Shown piece by piece: positions 1 to 13,470 of a DNA stretch of 55,721 nucleotides (position 1 is the first letter of the stretch; every line of letters begins with the position of its first letter). Source of the stretch: Octopus bimaculoides (taxonomy: Eukaryota). The DNA is taken from assembly GCF_001194135.2 (NCBI RefSeq), contig NC_068982.1:34058350-34114070 (forward strand). Direction: 5' to 3'. A model generated the notes under the pieces. That model searched no databases, was not told the DNA's origin, and saw only the letters and a program-made list of their open reading frames with translations. The position numbers and the translations under genes are program-made.

Positions 1-365
1 GTTGCCAGGGCCCCTGGACTGGCTCTTGTGCGGGTGGCACATAAGATGTACCATCCTGAGCATGACCGTTGCCAGTACCGCCTGACTGGCCTTGTAGGGT
101 TTTCGAGCGAGATCGTTGCCAGTGCCCCTGGACTGGCTCTTGTGCAGGTGGCACATAAAAGACACCATTTCGAGCGTGGCTGTTTTCGTGCGGGTGACAC
201 GTAAAAGCACCCACTACACTCTCTGAGTGGTTGGCGTTAGGAAGGGCATCCAGCTGTAGAAACTCTGCCAAATTAGATTGGAGCCTGATGTTGCCATCCG
301 GTTTCACCAGTCCTCAGTCAAATCGTGGAAAGCGGACGTTTAAATGATGATGATGATGATGATGA
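1..365 (+). mobile_element. RTE-tail retroelement with tandem ~60-bp units (copy 1, truncated by the window edge)
   Basis: Repeated ttgccag..gactggc..gtggcac..aaaa..cacc units, then gtggttggcgttaggaagggcatccagctgtagaaac and a (GAT)n tail. Confidence 0.9.
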
Positions 366-573
366 TATATATATATGTGTGTGTGTATATATAAATACAC
401 ACACACATATATTATCCATTATTTTATACTAGCAGACACACCCCCAAGATATCTCACAGTGGGACTTGAACTCAAAACTGTGTGGTTGTGAAGCATATAC
501 TTCTTAACCAACCAGTCATGCCTGTACCTAAATCCTTACATATGAAAATAAAATATTTTTTCAAAAATCTTAC

Positions 574-839
574 CAAGAAGTAAACTGTGTTGTGTTGTAA
601 TATTTTTCATCATTTGCCAAACCAAAAGAAATATAAGTACTTTTCATGGAGATGTCGTGCCTCATCTTGAAGAATTTAAAAGCAACACTCTCATTTACAG
701 CACCAGCAGTAGAATTCCTTAAATCATAGACTTGAACCGAAGAGGAATCTTTGCGTTCATATTTATTTGTTAAATAGCATACAGATTTCCATTGCATGAA
801 ACTGTGGTAGGATTTCTTATGGGAGGACCAAGTAGTAAC
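574..839 (-). CDS. GLMP: GLMP coding exon 5 (gene continues left of the window)
   Basis: Acceptor catttacag|GTT, donor TG|gtaag (phase 2), 266 nt. VTTWSSHKKSYHSFMQWKSVCY... corresponds to the family QWKPVAY motif. The C-terminal transmembrane exon(s) are not in the window. Confidence 0.88.
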
Positions 840-1421
840 CTGTAAATGATTGAAACGTCAGTAAAATAAGAAAACGAGCCAAACTAAAACAAAACTTTAT
901 AAACAGGATATATAACATAATTTACATTTATACATACACACATATATGATGGTTACTGCCTACATGACAGTGACAATCATTTACAACTATCAAGCAATGT
1001 CGAGTCAAGGAGACACAAACATATGCATACAATATATATATATATATATATTAATAAATTAATATAAACAGCTGGGAGCAATATAAGACCATAAAGGAAA
1101 AATTTAATTGTCACTAATTGTGATTGCACCTATATTGCAAGAAATAAGAGTTAAAACCCTTAATGCTGTATGAAGCGTACAATATATATACGCTGACAGT
1201 GGAGATAACCTCCCCATGACTAGACTAGTTTTGTTTATCAGCCACAAATTTGCCAGCAGTGACTGCTTTGTTGCTTAAACTGTTTGGCTAAATTGATCTG
1301 CCATATAAATTTATGGCAGATTTAGCACAATGCAAATATGTATACTAAAGGCACAACATAAGACCACAGAGAAAGTAGTCTAGAAATACCAAATATCAGC
1401 ATTAAAAATGTAGTTACTTAC

Positions 1422-1637
1422 CTTAAATACACCAGGAGTATATTCATCATCTAATGACTTTACTGAGTTTATGTCAAATTTGCTTTGATAAGAAGAGATA
1501 TAGGTGGCATTGAGAGCAAAACGAGAATTAACAAAATCTGCAGGAACCCCATCAGCACTAAATCCCACGAGGGTCAAATTATCATTTAATTGCAAGTGAG
1601 GAAGTTGTGTCTGACGAACATCATCGCTGACTTGGAA
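1422..1637 (-). CDS. GLMP: GLMP coding exon 4
   Basis: Acceptor tctcttcag|TTC, donor AAG|gtaagt, 216 nt. Contains LPHL, SRFAL and SLDDEYTPGVF, the hallmark NCU-G1/GLMP motifs. Confidence 0.93.
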
Positions 1638-4345
1638 CTGAAGAGAAACAAAATAAGTTAATGAATAAGCTTTATAAATTAATTTAAATATCCTATATGT
1701 GTTCAATATCTATGCAGGGGTTCAGTCTCACTGCATGGTACCATGGGCAAATGTCTTTCACTGTAGTCTTTGATTAACCAAGGCTTTATGAGTGGATCTG
1801 GTAAATAGAAACTGAAAGAAGTCTGTCTTGTGTTGCGTGTGTGTGTATGTACACACACACACACACATACACATATATAGATGTAATAATCTATTCTTCT
1901 ACTATTACCGTCTCCGATGAAGGGATACATTGAATTTTCCCTGAAACAGCTGTAAGACATTATACATAAAATATAAATTTACTTATGCCATTGGTCTCTT
2001 GATCTCATTCTTTTTTATATATACACATGCTAATACACAACCCACGTTATATTCCCCATTCATGTTACAACCACATCTGGGGCAAAACTAGTCGGTATAC
2101 AGCACTTACTCGGTAGTACCTGTATCTTTAGGGTCTGGTTCACTCCATTACCCTTCATAACCTTTATATATANNNNNNNNNNNNNNNNNNNNNNNNNNNN
2201 NNNNNNNNNNNNNNNNNNNNNNNNNNNNNNNNNNNNNNNNNNNNNNNNNNNNNNAAACTCATGCCAGCATGAACTACAGATGTTAAATGATGATGATGAT
2301 GATATATTCGTTTGTCTTTGTGTCTGTCCCCACCATCACTTGACAACTGGTGTTGGTTTGTTTACATCCCTGTAAATTAGCAATTCAGCAAAAAATTAAA
2401 TATTGGGGTTGATTTGCTAGGTGGTGTCCCAGCATGGCCATAGACCAAAGACTAAAACAAGTAAAAGATAAAAGATGTAATTAGATTAAATGTGACCTGT
2501 TGTCTGAGCAGTTCTCAAAACAACCTGAACCAGAATAGAGAACCAAGAAAATTTCTCATCATTAAAAGTATATCAAAATACTATTTTTTACCTCTGACTT
2601 TTTTTTTACTGATAAAATAGTGGAAAAAATCCCAATCATAAATGTATTTAATAATACAAATGAATAGAAATTAAATGACTAAGTGAATACTGTATTAGGT
2701 CACCAACTCAAAGGTCTGGAGTTCAAATTCACTGCAAGCATTTTGTTGTAACATAATTCTATATGCTTCATGTCATTCAACTGTTGTAAGTACCTAAGCT
2801 TCTAGGAAGGTTAAGTGAGATAAAACAGAGTCCTATCAAGAGTTAGAATGATTTTCCCATGACTTAGGAGATATTTACAAACCATCATTATCATAATTTT
2901 GATGTCTACTTCTTTCATGATGGCATGGGTTGGGTGAAATTTCCTGAGATGCTATTCCACTGATGGATGCCCTTCCTGTCACTAACCCTTATTTATAAGT
3001 AAGGTATTTTTATTCCACTGGTCTTCACTTGGTGAAACTTAGGATCTATAGAGTATAATGTTTACAGGGAATGTAAACATGGCATCACTGTCACTTAACA
3101 GGAGCCAATGCAAAGCCATAAGAAAAATAAACATTTAGAGAGACATGCACACGCATGCATTGGTCCACAATAATGTTTCTGTCAACCAGTTTTACTCAAA
3201 AGCATTGGTCAACCTGAGGCTATAGCATAGACACTTGCATAAAGTGGGATGGAATCCAAAACTATGTGGTTCAAAGCAAATTCTCTAACTATACATCTAT
3301 TCTTGCACCTTGTAAGTACAAATTTTCAATGTACCGGATGTTGATTTTTTTACAGAGATATAAGGCCTCATTATATTGATCTCAGTACCTGACTGGGATT
3401 TTATTTTATCAACCCCAGAATGATGAAAGCAAAGTTGACCTTGGCAAGATTTGAATTCAGAATATGAAGAGCTAGAACAAATACTCCAAGACATTTTGTC
3501 CAATACTCTAACAATTCTATCATTCCACCATTCCTAATATTGATTTCAAATTTTGGCACAAGGCAAGCATTTTGCGGGAAGAAACAAGTCAATTACATGA
3601 ACTCCAGTGCTGAACTGGTACTTATTTTATCAACCCCAAAAGGATGAAAGGCAACATCAATCTCAGCAGACTTTGAATTCAGAACGTAAAGATGGATGAA
3701 GCGCTGCTAAACATTTTGCCTGACATGCTAATGATTCTGCCAACACCATCCCTAACATTAGCAATGTCACAGTTAAGATTATAACAAAATATCGATAAAA
3801 AGCTTCATTCTTTCTTTTCCACAATAAAATGAATAAAAGAACATTCTTTTGAATCCTAGAAAAACATGTAGAAGAATATATATATCTTTATTACAAATAC
3901 ATAAATTCTTATCAATGAAAACAGGCCCTAAGTTTAACATTCTAGAAAATGATTCCATTAGAAAAGAAAAAGAAGGAAATACTGAATTTTTAAGAAAAAT
4001 TTTCAAAATTCTCACTTATTCCTGTAAAAAATGATAATTTTCTTACATTATTGCAATCAGTTCTTTTGATGAAATGGTTCAGAAATAGGATTAATGAGCA
4101 TTTTCACCTGTTACCATTCAAAGTTAAAACAGAACAAGAGAAAGGCACCAATAAGAGACAAATATATTACATGTGAATGCAGTCATTATTAATATGATAT
4201 GGAGAAGTATATTTAAAGAGAGGCCAAAAAACAATAATGCTCAGTATCGACACCAATTCTCAATAACTCAAGCTAATGACAGAGCCTGTATGTAATCGTT
4301 TGACTTGACAGAAATAAGAAAAAACAATGGAAGGATACATTAGAC

Positions 4346-6728
4346 CAATGGTTCTCAACCGGAAGAGAATTGCCTCCTTCAGGGTGAAAATCAAATTTTT
4401 TTGGTGGGGGGAATGAATGCAGTCTTCGATCAGCAACTACTTACAACAGGTAATCATTCATCTAAGGCATCATGACAAGAGCTCTTCTAAATAACTGTGG
4501 TCAAGCTATAAAACCAACTCTTTTTCTTAATCCAAATACAGTAACTATGTGCCTCAATAAGTGCATTATCTTCCAGGATTTAGTTCATCGATATATAATA
4601 ACTCATTTGTCACTGAATTTCTTACCTCTGTTACTATGATACTGGCTGCATGATTCATTGAATACATGGCACTCACCTGAATTTGACATTCTCTCTCTTA
4701 ACCATCAGATACAGATATAATAGTCAGTTTAGTATTTACTAATTTGCATTCATTCTCACCCACTTTTTATGGCAGGCTAGGTGAAAAAGAAGTGTTGACA
4801 GTATATCGATGAGTATTTACAATATGGTTTTATCACGAACTCTACAGACCCAAAGTAGCCCTTTTATACCATGTGTCATCAATCTTTGTCCAATGAAGCC
4901 ATGAAACCCTCTCAACTCTCTGACCACATGAGAAGAAAACATCCCGAAAAAGTCGGTAAGCCTATCAAATACTTTGAGGGATTGAAAACTGATTTTGAAA
5001 ATCAGAGTACTGTTAAATCATTATTTAAAAAACAGACAAAAATTAATCACAGCGGACTGAATGCTTCCAACAAAATTGCAAAAGGTATTGCAAAAAGAGG
5101 TAGTGTACATATGATAGCTGAAAAAATTATTGTGCCTGCAGTAGAAGCAGTAATATCAGAAGTTACGAATCAAGATCCTTCATCTATCATTAAAGGTCTA
5201 CCTTTGAGTAATGACTCTATCTGTAGGAGAATTGATGAAATGCCAGGTCATATCAAAGACATACTAATTCAAAGATTTGAAAACAACAAAATTTTCTATT
5301 AAAACTGATGAAAGCATAGTTATTGACAATAAGGCTCTTTCAATGGGATATGTGTGATATTTTGATAGAAACTGTGCATTACAAGATTTATTATTTGTAA
5401 AACTGTTGGAGACTATATTTTCTGCAGTGAAAACGTCTTTTGAAGAAAAAGAAATTCCATATTATGAAAATCTAGTTTTATGTGCCACAGATGGTGCAAT
5501 GTCTATGGTTGGGAGACACAAAGAATTTATCTCTCATTTAAAAAAGTTGTGCCTCCAATTTCTAGTTATACACTGTGTGCTACACAGGCATAACCTCGTG
5601 GCTAAAAAATATAGGCCCTATTCTAAATCAGTCATTAAACACTGTTATAAAAACAATAAACAAAATTAAATCTAACAGTAAATGTGACTGTCTTTTTTGA
5701 AAATTTTGTTTCAATGCAGATGAACAATATATAAGACTTCTTTTGTATTCCGATGTCCGTTGGCTATCCAAAGGCAACTGTTTGGAAGGATTTGTAAAGT
5801 TATTTAATACAATAGTTATATTCTCACTAACAGAAAGACACTCAGACTTAGCTGCTAAAATTCAAGCCCCAAAAAATAGAACATACACTTAGTTGGATTT
5901 TCTGTAAGCTGAACGAGGTCTCTCTTCTGCTGCAGGGGAAAATGATAATGCTGATAGATTGTAAACGGGTGATGAGAGCTTTTGTTGAAAAACTCAATAT
6001 TTTTCAAGTTAATTTAAAACTAGGACNNNNNNNNNNNNNNNNNNNNNNNNNNNNNNNNNNNNNNNNNNNNNNNNNNNNNNNNNNNNNNNNNNNNNNNNNN
6101 NNNNNNNNNNNNNNNNNNNNNNNNNNNNNNNNNNNNNNNNNNCAGCCATGGATGATTGACCCATTCAATTGTGATCCTCACAGTGCACACAAAAATATCC
6201 AGGAGGCAGTTATTGAGATGAAATGTAATGATGAATTTCAAATTAAGTTCAAAAAAGAAAGATTGTCTCAATTTTGGCAATCAGACACTACAAAATCACT
6301 ATATCCAAATTTGTGGTCACAAATGTTGAAAATCCATTTCTGTTTCCCGACATCATATCTTGTCAAAACTGGTTTTAGTACTGTCAATCACATTTTGCAG
6401 AAGGAAAGAAACAAATTTCACATCATTTCACGTGGAGATATTCATATCTGTTTGAGTAGCATTAAGCCTGACATTGAATTTTTAGCGGAACAGCGCCAAT
6501 CTCAGGGCACACATTAGTTAGTCCTTTTCTACATTTAAATTTAGAATAAAGTGTTATTTTAATTCGTTTTTCTTTTGAATTTACATGTACAAAATTTTTT
6601 AGCGTTGATTAGTCGTAATTACATTATGTTTAATATTTGTTATCATTTTTTGGTGGACGATTATCAATTAGCTTACGTCAAAAATAGCTTTTAGTGGGCG
6701 ATGGCCAGGAAAAGGTCGAGAACCATTG
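4346..6728 (+). mobile_element. Full-length but decayed hAT DNA transposon, Buster/Charlie type, in GLMP intron 3 (antisense to the gene)
   Basis: 15-bp TIRs CAATGGTTCTCAACC (4346-4360) and GGTCGAGAACCATTG (6714-6728), 14/15 match. Broken transposase about 4785-6517 with BED-finger LSNEAMKPS, LSNDSICRRIDEM, TDGA, HCVLHR, VRWLSKG and FPTSYL..GFS motifs. Frameshifts and stops; 8-bp TSD not recoverable. Confidence 0.92.
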
Positions 6729-7141
6729 CTGAAAGATATGCAAAAAGTTAGGATGGTCATGGCAAAATCACTTGTCATAAGTCTGCTTGATCCACCTACA
6801 AATTCTCAGTACCTGAAGAATCCTAATTCCTAGAGATGAGGTGGAAGATTTATATTCTGTATATTTAAAGCTTTTACACTTTAATTTCTATGTATTCTTC
6901 AATCAAAATCAAATGATTTTCAAGTCCCTTCAACATCTTAAGATAGGTTTAAAATTTGAGAATATATTCTTTTGTCGTTAATGATGATTTCAGTATTAAG
7001 TTTTTTAAAAAATAATTTTTCATTCTTAAACAAAGTTGAACATGCTTTGCAGGTTTAAAATTTTAAACTTTTCAAATGAAATATCAGTACACTTCAATAA
7101 TTACAAATTTTTAAAGAATAAATAAAAACAATTTTACTTAC

Positions 7142-7318
7142 TGCAAACTGAAAGCTTCCATTACCCCTAAAACTTTCCAAAACAACCAAGTTTTCATTTG
7201 GTTTAGTTTTGTTTTGTGAAATTTTCCATATCATATCTCCTGTAGAGTAATTTTGCCATTCGGTGTAGTTTGAACCCAACAGATTTGCACTATCACTACT
7301 GTCATTATATGCTATAAT
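7142..7318 (-). CDS. GLMP: GLMP coding exon 3
   Basis: Acceptor gattttcag|ATT, donor GCA|gtaagt, 177 nt, phase 0. IIAYNDSSDSANLL...FRGNGSFQFA, with several N-glycosylation sequons. Confidence 0.85.
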
Positions 7319-7518
7319 CTGAAAATCAAAAAGAGAATACAAGAATAACAACTTTCTGACATCAATTACACAAACTACATAACACATATCAAACAGATAT
7401 TACATATTTACATTATTTTTTAAACTATGACAGTAACTGAAAATGGCATATATTAAAAAAAGACTAAAACGAGTGCTCAGTGGAAGTTGATGCTAGTATG
7501 ATTGTCTTATGGTCCTAG

Positions 7519-7700
7519 CATGCTTGAAACTGTCTTTTGGAATCCCAAGTTGGTCTCAAGATTTGGCTTTTGTAATCTAAGATTTTTAAAGCTGTCTTTT
7601 GTGATCTTAGCATTGTTTAGACTGTTGTCTGAGATACAAAGATGGTTGAGACTGTCCTTTGGAATCCAAGCATAGGTGAGTTCATAATTTGTAATTCTAG
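7519..7700. repeat. Degenerate ~30-bp minisatellite, about 6 units
   Basis: Recurrent (ga)gactgtc(t/c)ttt(g)gaatc(c)aag-like units. Confidence 0.55.
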
Positions 7701-8779
7701 AATAGTTGCATGTCCTTAGATATCCATGTTTGCTTTTACCAAGTGTGGAGTTTCTTTTAACTGATTAAATTTGCTTCTTTATTTCCCAATCACAAGAGCT
7801 GACCTTTTGTTTTTTTGCCCAATTCACTTTGATGCTTTGCTCTAATTATTAAAAGAAAGAAAGATAGAGAGAGAGAGAGAGACAGATAGATAGATATAGA
7901 TATATATATAAAAGTGAGCTGGCAGAATAGTTAGCATGCTGGGCAAAATGCTTAGCAGCATTTTGTCTGTCTTTAAGTTCTGAGTTCAAATGTTGCTGAG
8001 GTTGACTTTGCCTTTCATCCTTTCAGGGTCAGTAAAATAAGTACTAGTTGAGCACAATATATATATATCCGACATGTGAAGTACTCATGTGCACTTTTTC
8101 CTGGCTCTCTCTTTCTTATCTCTTTTCCTCCATTCTTTCTCTTCCCCCCTGGGCTTTTATCTGCATATCCAATGAAGGACATTGTCTGAAACATACTTTT
8201 ACTTCATAAGTTTTTGCCTTCAATGGGCATCAAACTAATAATATTAACTGTGAATGTCCCAAGAACTTTTGTTGCTTTTTATAACTGATTTTGTATTTTG
8301 CTATTGATTTGCTCTCTCTCTCTCTCTCTCTCTCTATAAGAGAAAGATAAGGGAGAGAAAGAGAGGGGGGAATGTGTGTGCCAGACAGACAGATCAAATG
8401 ATCAAGTACTTAATTATTGTTTCAGATTTTGGTACTGTGCCAGCGGTTTCAGAGAGAGGGTATGTTGATTACATCTTATGTACTTATTTTATCGACACTA
8501 AAAGGATGAAAGGTAAAGTTGACCATGGTGGAATTTGAACTCAGAATATAAAGACAAATTGCTGCCAAGCATTTCGCCCAGCATGCTAATGATTCTGTCA
8601 GCTTGCTACCTTTTAAATACTTAATGTGATAATAGATTATTCAGTTGGAGGAAAAAGAGTAACATCCATGACCTTTGTCCTTTCAGACTGGTGGGTTCTG
8701 TGTGGTTGACATCTCATTATTTAGGCCCTGTAATAATTATAATAATTTACAATAACTAAAATATAAATGTCTTACTTAC

Positions 8780-9022
8780 TTGATTAAATATTATGCCAAA
8801 CGAGTAAATTTCACTTGTAGGCGATTCCAGAGTAACTGATGGAGGCATTTCTGAACAGCTGAGTTTCAGTTTAGCATCATTTACAGTCTTTATGGCTAAT
8901 AGAGACATTAGCTCAGCAGAGCTGTATATATAATGGAGAGTGTCATCATTTCCAACAGCTTTTGTATAGACCAAAGTGACATTCTTGGGACAGCTTTTTC
9001 CCCAATTCATATCAGTGGAAAT
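8780..9022 (-). CDS. GLMP: GLMP coding exon 2
   Basis: Acceptor ttttactag|ATT, donor CAA|gtaagt, 243 nt. ISTDMNWGKSCPKNVTLVYTKAVGNDDTLHYIYSS... matches the NCU-G1 family AVGxNDTLHY motif. Confidence 0.9.
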
Positions 9023-9431
9023 CTAGTAAAATGAAAAGATGAATTAAGATTTTGAAAATTACAATTGACAAAATAACGTAAAGAAGATAAATAAAGAAAA
9101 CAGAAATGTTGTGATCAAAATATGAGTTAATTACTATGCTAGTGTCTGACAAATAAATGATATTAATCACCACTGATGTAATTATCGATTTCACAATTAT
9201 CATGAGATATTTAGACAACTGTATATATAGGCATATGCATGGCTGTGTGGTTAAGAAGCTTGGTTTGCAACCATGTGGTTTCTGGTTCAGTCCCACTCAG
9301 TGGCACCCTAGGCAAGTGTTGTCTACTACAGCCTCAGGCCAACCAAAGCCTTGTGAGTGAATTTGGTAGATAGAAATTGTGTGGAAGCCCATTGCATATG
9401 TATATATCTATTTATCTATCTGTGTGTGTGT

Positions 9432-9469
<38 letters not shown>

Positions 9470-12400
9470 ATATGGCTTTGTGTGTTTGTCCTCCTCCCAC
9501 TGCTCAGTTTGTTTACATCCCCATAAGTTAGCCGTTCAATAGAATAAGTTATAGGTTTAAAAATAAATAATTACTAGGCTTGATTTGTTTAACTAAACCC
9601 TTCAAAGCTGTATCCCAGCATGGCTGCAGACCAAAGAGTGAAACAAGTAAAAGAAGAAAAAAAAACCCATGAATTTAGACCAGGGCTGTGGATTGATTCT
9701 AACTCCTCTATCGTAATTAGACTAATCATATATTTCTTATAATAATTGAAAACACACAACACACAAGGCCAATGTGAATCATCACACTATCTGTTAGCAC
9801 CCTAACTCTTTTGCTAACTAGTCCTATGACACAAATTTACTGTTTTAAAGAAATCTAAATTAAAATCTATCAAAATTTCATATTAATTTATGTTCCAAAC
9901 ATCAGCTTAATATAGTCAGCTATTTTACTAAATTTTTCATTACATTCAAAATTAACTGAAACAGACGGGGTATTTCAACAGAAATATGGTAACAAAAGGG
10001 TTAAAGGTTATGTTTTGGCTATGCCTTATAGACATTTTTGTATTGCTTATGAAAGAATTTACGAACAAGCATAACACAAAATTTTTAAGAAAGAAAAGAA
10101 AAAACTTGTTATATTTTGGGATGGTCATACTTCCTGCAGGAGCTGCTTTGAATATAGGTCTGTTCAGGCAAATTTGGCCTGGGGTTAAACATAAGCAGCA
10201 GAATGAAGTTTTCATTAAGACAGAATTAATTTTGTAAGGAAGTTTATTTTATAGACCACATCTTAAAGTAGTATAGGAAACAAAGCTAGATCAGTGAGAC
10301 ACCTACATAAAACATAGTTTTGCTTCTAACAGAATCATAAATTACAAATGGAAAGAAATCATAAGATAAGAAGAGGAAGAAATCCAAATCATTAAGTCAT
10401 ATAAAAAGACAAAAAAAACAAAAAAACAATCTATATTCAAATAAATAAACAAGATACAATAATGCAATAGTGACTGTGTGAAAGTGGTGCTCTAGTATGA
10501 CCTTATCTGTGACAGCTAAAAGGAACAAAAGAATGTCTATTATAATTAGAAGTGTTCTCTGTTAGACCATCCCACTGCTACAGTAATTTCACTATGAATT
10601 TCATGACTTTCACTATGTACCCCATTACCTCCCATAATTCTATTAACTGGAATTTTTTTAATGAAACTTTGATCTCTAGCATAAAACAGCCTTAGAAACA
10701 CGCTGGAATGATCAAAATAACATTTTAAAAAGAAATAAGCGAGATATTGGGTGAAAAATTAGCAAACCTCATTTGAATATCAGAGAAATATACCTAGTAG
10801 ATATAGCAAAAAGGTTAGATATGTGTAAATATTGACAGATAATTACGAAATTTGTAATTTTTAAGTGATCTCATATGAGATCACTGGTAGGTAATGGGTT
10901 AAACATTTAACTGTCCATGTATAAACTGTATATAACTATATATGCATGTACATATCATCATCATTTAACATCCCTATCTCCATGCTGGTATGAGTTGGAT
11001 GGTTCAAAAGGAATCAACTTTGCCTCAGGGCTGTGTTGTCTGCCATGGCATGGTTTTCACAGCTGAATGTTTTTCCTCTAAAACCAACCACTTTACAGAG
11101 TGTACTAGGTGCTTTCCTTGTGGCACCAGCACTAGTGAGGTCATCAAGTACTTACAACCAACCCCTCCACCCCACCCCAACTGAGTAGGGACAGAAACAA
11201 GTGTCTTACTGAAATGGTGAATACACAGCCTCCCTAGCTCGAAAGAAAGAGCTAGTGAAAGCGTAGCCTCAAGGTTCAAAAGTAAATATGAGAGAGAGAA
11301 GAGGAGGTAGGGGAACTGCAGTGGTGGGTAGGTTGGCAAGTGTGTGTGAAAATGTAACAAAACACCAAGAAAACAAAATTTTACAAAAACATAACAAACA
11401 AAATTCATAGCTAATTCTTCATCAGTCAACGTCCAAAAGATCATTACAATTTCACAATATATATAAATGTATACATGTCTGTGTGTGTGTATCTATCTAT
11501 CTATATATATATATATATAGAAATATATATATATATATACACCGCCATGATAGATTGCTAACCACTACACACATTTTTTTCTCTCCTTGTTTCTTTCTGT
11601 GGAAGAACATAGGCTCGAAACGTTAAAGATTTTTTCAATTCCCGAGCGTTATACTAATACAACTATTTGTTTTCTACACCACCTGTCTTCGTCTGTTGTT
11701 TTTTTGTGAATTCTCTCTCTATATATATATATTATACACCAGTTGAATGTTTAGTCAAAACAAATTTTATTCTACTAAAAAGTAAAATTTCTTCCCATCA
11801 GTGGATGTTCTATTATTCTTAAGCTTGTTTTAAAATAATAATCTTAAATAAACATTTTACTTGTTATATAAATGTTTGCATGTATGTTTTATTATTTATC
11901 AAATGATTAAGGGGAGTATGTATTTTATTCAATTAATCCCTTTCAATACTATTTCTCACAAGTAATCAACTATAAAACTACACTAGTGTAGTAATAAACA
12001 ATGTCACAATTTATATTGCTTGTAATAAACAACCATCACCTTCCATTTCAAGTATAATTGTTTTTGCACAGTAGGACTTCATAATGAACAGCATTACTAA
12101 AATAAAATTATACTATACACTACTGGTAAAAATATTTATTCATCATGTACATGTTGTCTATATGTTGAAAGACACAGAAACATACACGCTTATGGTGACA
12201 ACATTACCTATCTGTCTAGCTAGCTCTATTTTTCACTTTCAACAACAACTTTTTCTCTTCCCCTTCTAAAAATATGTTGTGACATATTTTGATTCCTCCC
12301 CTTCTTTCCCTCCATCTAATAGATGTTGTGATGGACAGACAGAGATTTGCTTCTCTTTTATAAGATTTTCAAAGTCCAAACCATATCTTATTCAACAGAC

Positions 12401-12939
12401 TCTAATAGAAACAAAGTTGATTTGTTTTTCATTATAATGCACCACTAAAGCAGTTAATGAACATGTGAACAGTCAGAAAGTCAAGGCCACAATCAATTGT
12501 GTTACAAGCATATCTGCAGTTCAATGTCTATCCACCACATGATCTTTTGCTCTGATAGTGCTCTGAAGGAAACTTTGCTTCTAATTACAATGATTTCACT
12601 AAAATATTTTCCACATTTATTTTGAATTAATCACTACAGCTCTACTCACATCTTTTATCTTTTACTTGTTTCGGTCATTTGACTGTGTCCATGCTTGGGC
12701 ACCACCTTGAAGAATTTTAGTTGAATGAATCAACCCTAGTATGTTTTTTTTTTTAAGCCTGGTACTTATTCTAGCTGTCTCTTTTGCCAATCCTCTAAGT
12801 TACAGGGCCATAAACACACCAATTGTCAAGCAGTGGTGGAGGAACAAACACAGACACAAACACATAAATACATACATACACACACACATACATACAATGG
12901 GCTTCTTTCAATTTCCATCAACCAGATGGACAGAAAAAT

Positions 12940-13470
12940 TGCATGAAGCATGTATATGAACAGTAATGCTACATGGCAGTGGGACACAAGCACTAAATGC
13001 ATAGGACAGGTGAAGGCTGGATGTGCAACGTCAGTGTGCAATAGAGTGCTATCGTATTGAGAGAAAAATTAGGCATAAGAGGAATTAGATGTAGCATGCA
13101 AGAGAGAAGACTGTACTGGTTTGGTCATGTGATGTGTATAGATGTAGGCAGTTGCTCACTTAAAGTGAATGGAACTCATGGAAGAGGGAGACCCAGGAAA
13201 ACATGGGACGAAGTACTGAAGGCCAACCTCAAGACACTGAGCCTTACGAAAGAGATGACAAAGGACCAAGATATATGGCGCCTTGCTGTACACCACAGCA
13301 GAACTGCTGGTGCTACATAAAAAGCACCCAGTACATTCTATAAAGTGGTTGACATTAGGAAAGGCATGCTAGAACAGACAATGAAGCCTAGTGAAGTACC
13401 CAGCCTTACCATCTCCTGTCAAACTGTCTGACCCATACCAGCAAGAGAAACAGACATTAAATTATGATTA
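12940..13470 (+). mobile_element. 5'-truncated RTE-clade LINE (ORF2 C-terminus plus 3' tail)
   Basis: RRLYWFGHV...GRGRPRKTWDEV...W is the typical RTE ORF2 end. It is followed by the aaaagcacc...gtggttgacattaggaaaggcat tail shared with the hairpin-array family. Confidence 0.88.

Noticed and set aside
1-365. Tandem units resembling a CRISPR array or a retrozyme
   Set aside because: Eukaryotic retroelement context, the spacers are homologous to each other, there are no cas genes, and I found no hammerhead core (CUGANGA...GAAA) in the units.
4338-6736. 8-bp TSD for the hAT element
   Set aside because: The flanks cattagac and ctgaaaga do not match, so no TSD is claimed.
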